DNA from: a virus
Lineage: Duplodnaviria > Caudoviricetes
DNA length: 29,346 bases
Virus record (IMG/VR): IMGVR_UViG_3300005758_000083
Coordinates: 1-29,346 of that record
Reading direction: 5' to 3' (one strand)
How positions within the stretch are numbered: the first letter of the stretch is position 1; each line of letters opens with the position of its first letter. The notes beneath the pieces were generated by a model. The model worked only from the letters and a program-made list of their open reading frames with translations. It was not told the DNA's origin and made no database searches. Both the position numbers and the translations under genes were made by a program. This document shows positions 24,601 through 29,346 of this stretch, piece by piece.

Positions 24601-25356
24601 ATGACGAAAGAGGCTGGCGCAGCAAGTGCGCCGAAGGTGTACAGCGCCATTGCGGCGGTGACACACGAGATGTCCAAAGAGGGCATCTCCAAGGATCGGA
24701 AGAACGAGTCGCAGGGCTACGCCTTCCGTGGCATCGATGACGTGTACGGTGCCCTCTCCCCTCTGCTGAGCAAGCACAAGCTGTGTGTGTTGCCGAGGGT
24801 GATTCAGCGGGACGTGGTCGAGCGCACGAACCGCAGCGGTAGCGCCCTCTTCTACACGACGCTGACGGTGGAGTTCGACTTCGTGTCCGCCGAGGACGGA
24901 TCCAAGCACACCGTAGTTACGGTTGGCGAGGCGATGGACTCAGGCGACAAGTCGTGCAACAAGGCGATGAGCGCCGCCTACAAGTACGCCTGCTTCCAGG
25001 CGTTCTGCATCCCGACCGAAGGCGACAACGATGCGGATGCAACGACCCATGTCGTAGCTCCGAAGGAAGCGCCGAAGAACGCACCTGCCCCTACGCTTCC
25101 GCCGAAGGCAACCCCCGCCCCAAAGCCCACGCCTGAGCGCGTGACCAAGGCTCCCGCACCGGGGCCCGTCATCACTGCTGCTCAGGTAGACGACCTCAAG
25201 GCTTACTCAGACACAGCGAACGTACCGCTTGCATCGATCTGCAAGAAGTACGCAATCGCAACCATCGATCTCCTGCCTGCCGGGGAGTACGAGGGTGTAG
25301 TGGCGAGACTCAAAGAGATCATCGCTTCGCACGATCAGGCAGCAACCAAGAACTGA
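24601..25356 (+). CDS. erf: ERF-family ssDNA annealing protein
   Basis: Y.FRGIDDV, GEAMDSGDK..NKAMSAAYKYA...F.IPT motifs; Pro-rich linker; RBS AAGGAG. Confidence 0.88.
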   Translation: MTKEAGAASAPKVYSAIAAVTHEMSKEGISKDRKNESQGYAFRGIDDVYGALSPLLSKHKLCVLPRVIQRDVVERTNRSGSALFYTTLTVEFDFVSAEDGSKHTVVTVGEAMDSGDKSCNKAMSAAYKYACFQAFCIPTEGDNDADATTHVVAPKEAPKNAPAPTLPPKATPAPKPTPERVTKAPAPGPVITAAQVDDLKAYSDTANVPLASICKKYAIATIDLLPAGEYEGVVARLKEIIASHDQAATKN

Positions 25357-25381
25357 AGACCCTAAGGAATAGGAACTACAA

Positions 25382-25624
25382 ATGTCCGCCACCTACAACA
25401 ACCAAATCGAGATCGTCGTCTTCGACAACAACCGAGCAACCCATCCGAAGGCACCGCAGAAGACCGGTGTCGTTACCTTCCCGGATGGCAGCAAGTACGA
25501 GGTCGCCCTGTGGCGGCGCAAGGGTAAGTCGGGAACCGAGTTCCTGGCCGGTACGCTCAAGCCGCAGACCAACCCGATGGACAAGGGTGGTTCGTCCAAC
25601 GACCGAGTGAACGTGGACTTCTGA
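25382..25624 (+). CDS. Small SSB-like protein
   Basis: 80 aa; F.N....PKAP...G...VALW...KSG..FL.G, C-terminal VDF; lies between ERF and exonuclease. Confidence 0.6.
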   Translation: MSATYNNQIEIVVFDNNRATHPKAPQKTGVVTFPDGSKYEVALWRRKGKSGTEFLAGTLKPQTNPMDKGGSSNDRVNVDF

Positions 25625-25626
25625 CC

Positions 25627-26451
25627 ATGTACCTGTCCAACCTGAAGGGTCTACCGGATGCCTTTGTGGCAGCGGTAGCGAACGATCCGTATCAGAGCGG
25701 CGGAGACATCTCCGTCACTAAACTGATTGACGCCCCTCAGAAGCGAGTCCTGTACGCCAAGTACAAGGAGTTCGTGGTGGAGGATGTGTCGCAGCGCGTT
25801 TGGGCGCTGATGGGTCAAGCCGTACACGCAGTGCTGGAACGGGCGCAGACCACCGCTATGGTGGAGCAGCGTCTGTACATGGAGATCAACGGCTGGTCTG
25901 TCTCAGGCCAGTTCGATCGTCTGCACCTGGACGACAAGTGCCTTCAGGATTGGAAGGTCTGCTCGACCTACAAGTCGGAGGGGGATGTAGCCTGGGAGCG
26001 ACAGCTCAACTGCTTGGCTGAATTGGCTAGGCACAACGGCTACAACGTGGAGAAGCTCGAGGTCATCGCCATCTACCGAGACTGGCGCAAGGCCGAGGCT
26101 GAGCGTGATCCCACCTACCCGCAGCAGCCGGTGGCTGTCATCCCTGTTCCGCTGTGGACTTCGCACGAGTGCCAGGTCTACATGCGCGAGCGGGTGATGC
26201 TGCACCAGGGCGCTGAGGCAGGTGATGTCACGCCCTGCACCGAGCAAGAGCGTTGGTACACCGGCACCAAGTTCGCCCTCATCAAGGAGGGCGGCGTCCG
26301 TGCGTCGAAGGTGGCCGATACGCCGGAGGAGCTTGGCGAGGTCAAGCCGGGTTACATCATCCAGGAACGCAAGGGCATGTCTCGTCGGTGCGAAGGCTAC
26401 TGCGAGGTCGCCCAGTTCTGCCCCCAATTCCAGAAGGAAAAGCAATCGTGA
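25627..26451 (+). CDS. Cas4-like PD-(D/E)xK exonuclease
   Basis: G.AVH..LE, SGQFD, DWK, QLN, C-terminal RC..YC....FCPQ. Confidence 0.8.
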   Translation: MYLSNLKGLPDAFVAAVANDPYQSGGDISVTKLIDAPQKRVLYAKYKEFVVEDVSQRVWALMGQAVHAVLERAQTTAMVEQRLYMEINGWSVSGQFDRLHLDDKCLQDWKVCSTYKSEGDVAWERQLNCLAELARHNGYNVEKLEVIAIYRDWRKAEAERDPTYPQQPVAVIPVPLWTSHECQVYMRERVMLHQGAEAGDVTPCTEQERWYTGTKFALIKEGGVRASKVADTPEELGEVKPGYIIQERKGMSRRCEGYCEVAQFCPQFQKEKQS

Positions 26452-26648
26452 TCATGTCCATCAATCAAGCTGCCGAGTACCTCTCGGTCAGCACCCATAC
26501 CCTACGTTACCTCGCACGTAACGGGCGCATCCCTGCCGGGAAGATCGGTCGTAGCTGGCGCTTCAGCAAGGTCGATCTAGACAACTTCTTGCGCTACCAG
26601 TACGAGGCCAGTGTCAAGAAGATTGCCAAGGAGGAAGCACGTTCATGA
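26448..26648 (+). CDS. xis: Excisionase-like HTH protein
   Basis: MSINQAAEYLSVS..TLR.LAR.GRIPA.KIGRSWRF; start GTG 26448 or ATG 26454. Confidence 0.75.
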   Translation: MIMSINQAAEYLSVSTHTLRYLARNGRIPAGKIGRSWRFSKVDLDNFLRYQYEASVKKIAKEEARS

Positions 26649-26893
26649 GCAATTCGTTTGCACTCCCGGAAATCAACCGGGGCAACGCACTCGACGTCCA
26701 GGTCGGCGGCTCGCACTACAAGACCATGCGAATCCAGCCGGTCGAGTTCATCCAGGTCAACGGCCTGGGGTTCTGTGAGGGCAACGCCATCAAGTACCTC
26801 TGCCGCTGGAAGAACAAGAACGGCGTCGAGGATCTGAAGAAGGCGCGGCACTACATCGATCTGCTGATCGAGATGGAGGGCAAGCGTGGGTAA
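26645..26893 (+). CDS. DUF3310 protein (T7 gp1.7-like putative nucleotide kinase)
   Basis: QVGGSHY...IQP.EFI...GNAIKY.CR...KNGVEDLKKARHY. Confidence 0.85.
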   Translation: MSNSFALPEINRGNALDVQVGGSHYKTMRIQPVEFIQVNGLGFCEGNAIKYLCRWKNKNGVEDLKKARHYIDLLIEMEGKRG

Positions 26894-27296
26894 TCCGTTC
26901 ACCGACAGAGCCCAGTTCGCCCAGGCATCCGGTCAGGGTGTTGGCATTGACGCCATCAACCTCTACTACCGACTGGTGGAAGAGGAGTTCGATGAGCTCT
27001 CCATCGCCCTCGATCGGATGCGGACTACGGGAGAGACGGCAGACACCGCAGCGGAGATCGCTGATGCCTGCATCGATCTGATGTACGTGACGATCGGTCT
27101 GTTGCAGTCGATGGGTCTTGACCCCCAGCCACTGTGGGACGAGGTTCACGCCAGCAACATGAGCAAGTTCGTGAGACAGGAAGATGGTACGTACCAAGCG
27201 ATCCGCCGCGAAGACGGCAAGATCCTCAAGCCAGCTACCTATTTCAAGCCCGACCTCAAATCGATCGTTCTACGACAAGCTCGGGTTAACCCCTGA
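26886..27296 (+). CDS. MazG-like NTP pyrophosphohydrolase (DR2231/dUTPase-like)
   Basis: EEFDEL, ADA.IDL.YV, EVH.SNMSK, REDGKILKP motifs. Confidence 0.82.
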   Translation: MGNPFTDRAQFAQASGQGVGIDAINLYYRLVEEEFDELSIALDRMRTTGETADTAAEIADACIDLMYVTIGLLQSMGLDPQPLWDEVHASNMSKFVRQEDGTYQAIRREDGKILKPATYFKPDLKSIVLRQARVNP

Positions 27297-27558
27297 GCAG
27301 AAGCAACAGGAGCTGACGTGGGCCCAGGAGCTGTACGTATCACGCCGCCGCTTCGTGATGATGGTCGAGTCCGTCACACAGTCGAGGTTGCCGCCGAAGA
27401 AACGCAAGGATGTCTACCTGCGTTGGCGCGACGAGCATGGCGCGATTGCAGCTCGAGGGTGGGCGAACTACGCCGAAGCCGTCCTGGCCGGTGAAGTCTC
27501 GCTCGATCCCATCAAAGCCATGATTCAACAACCACCTGACCCGAAAGACTACGAATGA
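27184..27558 (+). CDS. Hypothetical protein (start uncertain)
   Basis: Fills the 27297-27558 gap and is ATGA-coupled to next gene; listed start overlaps the upstream gene heavily. Confidence 0.5.
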   Translation: MVRTKRSAAKTARSSSQLPISSPTSNRSFYDKLGLTPEQKQQELTWAQELYVSRRRFVMMVESVTQSRLPPKKRKDVYLRWRDEHGAIAARGWANYAEAVLAGEVSLDPIKAMIQQPPDPKDYE

Positions 27559-27788
27559 GTTCTCAACGCATCTATCTCGTGACCACGCACAAGGGCGATC
27601 GCCGCCTGGTCCGTGCATCTCACCGTTCACAAGCAATCAACCACGTAGCACGCAGCATGATGGAGGCTTCAGTTGCAAGGCAAGACGAATTGGTCGAACT
27701 GGTTTCGTCGGGGGCTAAGGTCGAGTCGGTACGTGACGCCGACACGGACGAGCTTTTTGAGGAGAAGGCCAATGACATCGCTGAGTGA
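27555..27788 (+). CDS. Conserved small phage protein
   Basis: 77 aa; RIY.V......RLVRA....QAI.HVA pattern. Confidence 0.7.
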   Translation: MSSQRIYLVTTHKGDRRLVRASHRSQAINHVARSMMEASVARQDELVELVSSGAKVESVRDADTDELFEEKANDIAE

Positions 27789-27909
27789 TATCGCTGTGGC
27801 GGTGTTCGGCGTCATTGCTGGCATGGTCATCCTGGCCGGACTTTGGGCGGTATTGGGCTTGTTCCTGGGCGTGGCCTGGAACGCATTCCGATGGGTGACT
27901 GGCGCATGA
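27772..27909 (+). CDS. Small membrane protein (45 aa)
   Basis: MTSLSDIAVAVFGVIAG...; RBS GAGGAG; hydrophobic. Confidence 0.6.
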   Translation: MTSLSDIAVAVFGVIAGMVILAGLWAVLGLFLGVAWNAFRWVTGA

Positions 27910-28151
27910 AGTACGACCCCGTATCCGGATGCGTGGACTTCGGTCTCGCCCTCGACCAGCTCACCCGGGGCGAACGCATGGCTCGCCTGGGGTGGAACGG
28001 CAAGGGGATGTACATCGCCCTACAAAGACCCGATGGCGGCAGCAAGATGAGCCTGCCCTACCTTTACATGAAGACGGCCAAGGGCGACCTGGTGCCGTGG
28101 GTAGCCAGTCAGACGGACATCTTGGCCGACGACTGGGTCAACGTCTTCTAG
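27906..28151 (+). CDS. tad2: DUF2829 / Tad2-like anti-defence sponge protein
   Basis: FG.AL..L..G...AR.GWNGKGMY...PY.YMKT.....VPW.ASQTDILADDW. Confidence 0.8.
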   Translation: MKYDPVSGCVDFGLALDQLTRGERMARLGWNGKGMYIALQRPDGGSKMSLPYLYMKTAKGDLVPWVASQTDILADDWVNVF

Positions 28152-28166
28152 TACACAACTACAAAC

Positions 28167-28196
28167 TAGACCCCGCAGGGCTGCACATGCTAATCT
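28167..28196 (+). promoter_or_regulatory. Possible sigma70 promoter for integrase
   Basis: TAGACC-N18-TAATCT with extended -10 TG. Confidence 0.3.
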
Positions 28197-28235
28197 AAGT
28201 GTGCGGTTCTGCCGGGGGCATCAAGGAGAGATGAG

Positions 28236-29303
28236 ATGCCCATCAAGCGCAGAGGTGGTGTCTGGCACTACAGCATCACGATCAAGAACAAGACCTACCG
28301 GGGCTCGTGCAAGACGAGCGACGAGCAGCAGGCCCGAGAGTTCCACGATCGAGAGCGAGCCAGACTGTGGCGAGTGTCTCTGCTTGGCGACAAGCCCCGT
28401 CGCACCTGGGCCGAAACGGTCAAGCGTTGGATGGGCGAACACGCCGACAAGCGCAGCCGTCGTGATGACGAGCGCCACGAGAAGTTCTGGAACGAGCAGT
28501 TCAGCAAGCAGGGCGCGGTCTACCTCGATGAGATCGAGCCCGACCTGGTGACGGAGATCATCGAGGAAGCGGCACTCAAGGTGACGGTGCGCAAGACCAA
28601 GGTCAAGCCTGCCACCCTGAACCGGAAGTTGCAGTACCTGCGGTCGGTGATCAACGCAGCAGCTCGAGAGTACCTGTGGCTGGGAGTGAGCCCGAAATTC
28701 TCGCTCTTCCCTGAGTTCGAGCGACTGCGCTACATCAGCCGGGATGAGTTCGTACGGCTCCATGCCGCCCTGCCTGCGCCCTTCAACGACATGGCGCTCC
28801 TGGCAGTGGTGACCGGGCTGCGCCGGGGCAACATCACCGGCCTGCGCTGGGATCAGCTGGACTTCCAGCGGCGTACGGCGACCTTCTCGGGACAGGTGAT
28901 GAAGAACGGGAAGGCCTTCAGCATCCCGCTCAACGACACCGCGATCGCAGTGATCCGCAAGCAGTTGGGGAAGCACGACGAGCTGGTGTTCCCTACGCCC
29001 ACAGGGCTGCGCTACATCGACCTACCCAGTGAGATGTGGCGTGAGGCGCTACAGGCAGCAGGGATCCAGGACTTCAGGTGGCATGACTTGCGGCACACCT
29101 GGGCGTCGTGGCTGCGGCAGGACGGGGAGTCGCTGGATCGGATCCAGGAGCTGGGCGGGTGGGAGGATGAGTCGATGGTGCAGCGGTACGCACACCTCGA
29201 CGTCTCGCACCTGTCGTCGTCGGCTGGCAGGCTGGATCGTCTGATCGGAGCACTGCACGTTTCTGGCACAGCGGCTCAGGCGGTACGCGCAGTCAACGCC
29301 TAA
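28236..29303 (+). CDS. int: Tyrosine integrase
   Basis: TGLRRGN, KNG, HDLRH, LGGW, RYAH catalytic motifs; N-terminal arm-binding-like domain. Confidence 0.95.
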   Translation: MPIKRRGGVWHYSITIKNKTYRGSCKTSDEQQAREFHDRERARLWRVSLLGDKPRRTWAETVKRWMGEHADKRSRRDDERHEKFWNEQFSKQGAVYLDEIEPDLVTEIIEEAALKVTVRKTKVKPATLNRKLQYLRSVINAAAREYLWLGVSPKFSLFPEFERLRYISRDEFVRLHAALPAPFNDMALLAVVTGLRRGNITGLRWDQLDFQRRTATFSGQVMKNGKAFSIPLNDTAIAVIRKQLGKHDELVFPTPTGLRYIDLPSEMWREALQAAGIQDFRWHDLRHTWASWLRQDGESLDRIQELGGWEDESMVQRYAHLDVSHLSSSAGRLDRLIGALHVSGTAAQAVRAVNA

Positions 29304-29313
29304 GCTCTTGATT
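29301..29313 (-). promoter_or_regulatory. IHF-binding consensus next to att core
   Basis: Minus strand AATCAAGAGCTTA matches WATCAANNNNTTR exactly. Confidence 0.55.
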
Positions 29314-29315
29314 AT

Positions 29316-29346
29316 TGGCTCCCCGACCTGGGCTCGAACCAGGGAC
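29316..29346 (-). tRNA. tRNA 3' end (T-arm, acceptor strand, CCA), probably tRNA-Asn; att core
   Basis: Minus strand GTCCCTGGTTCGAGCCCAGGTCGGGGAGCCA; recalled as betaproteobacterial tRNA-Asn; anticodon is outside the window. Confidence 0.8.

Larger units (their letters stand above)
1..29346. mobile_element. Temperate podovirus-like phage/prophage (partial; continues beyond left edge)
   Basis: Terminase, portal, scaffold, capsid, tail, primase-helicase, ERF, Xis, integrase and a tRNA-derived att core; no host housekeeping genes. Confidence 0.95.

Noticed and set aside
25627-26451. CRISPR-associated cas4
   Set aside because: Solo Cas4-like nuclease in an ERF/SSB recombination context; no other cas genes.

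Overview
The whole window is part of a temperate, podovirus-like tailed phage or prophage, GC-rich and probably from a betaproteobacterial host. Layout: (i) a minus-strand late operon (terS, terL, portal, scaffold, major capsid, adaptor and tail proteins, truncated tail fibre; 1-10631); (ii) a mostly non-coding switch region (10.63-11.88 kb) with a predicted multi-stem leader, an AT-rich array of CATCT/AGATG palindromes and further inverted repeats; (iii) a plus-strand early/accessory region (11.9-21.7 kb) of small genes including a Rap1a/Tai-like protein, an amidoligase + class II glutamine amidotransferase pair and a DUF932 protein; (iv) a minus-strand primase-helicase / wHTH / Holliday junction resolvase unit; (v) a plus-strand unit with ERF, SSB-like, Cas4-like exonuclease, Xis, DUF3310, MazG-like, Tad2-like and tyrosine integrase genes, ending at an att core matching a tRNA-Asn 3' end. 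The best novelty candidate is a dispersed family of four intergenic hairpin elements in the early region. They keep flanking motifs and base pairing while the stem sequence changes, and their GNRA-type loops lie on the template strand. All family calls are from motif recognition and all folds were read by eye; nothing was searched or computed.
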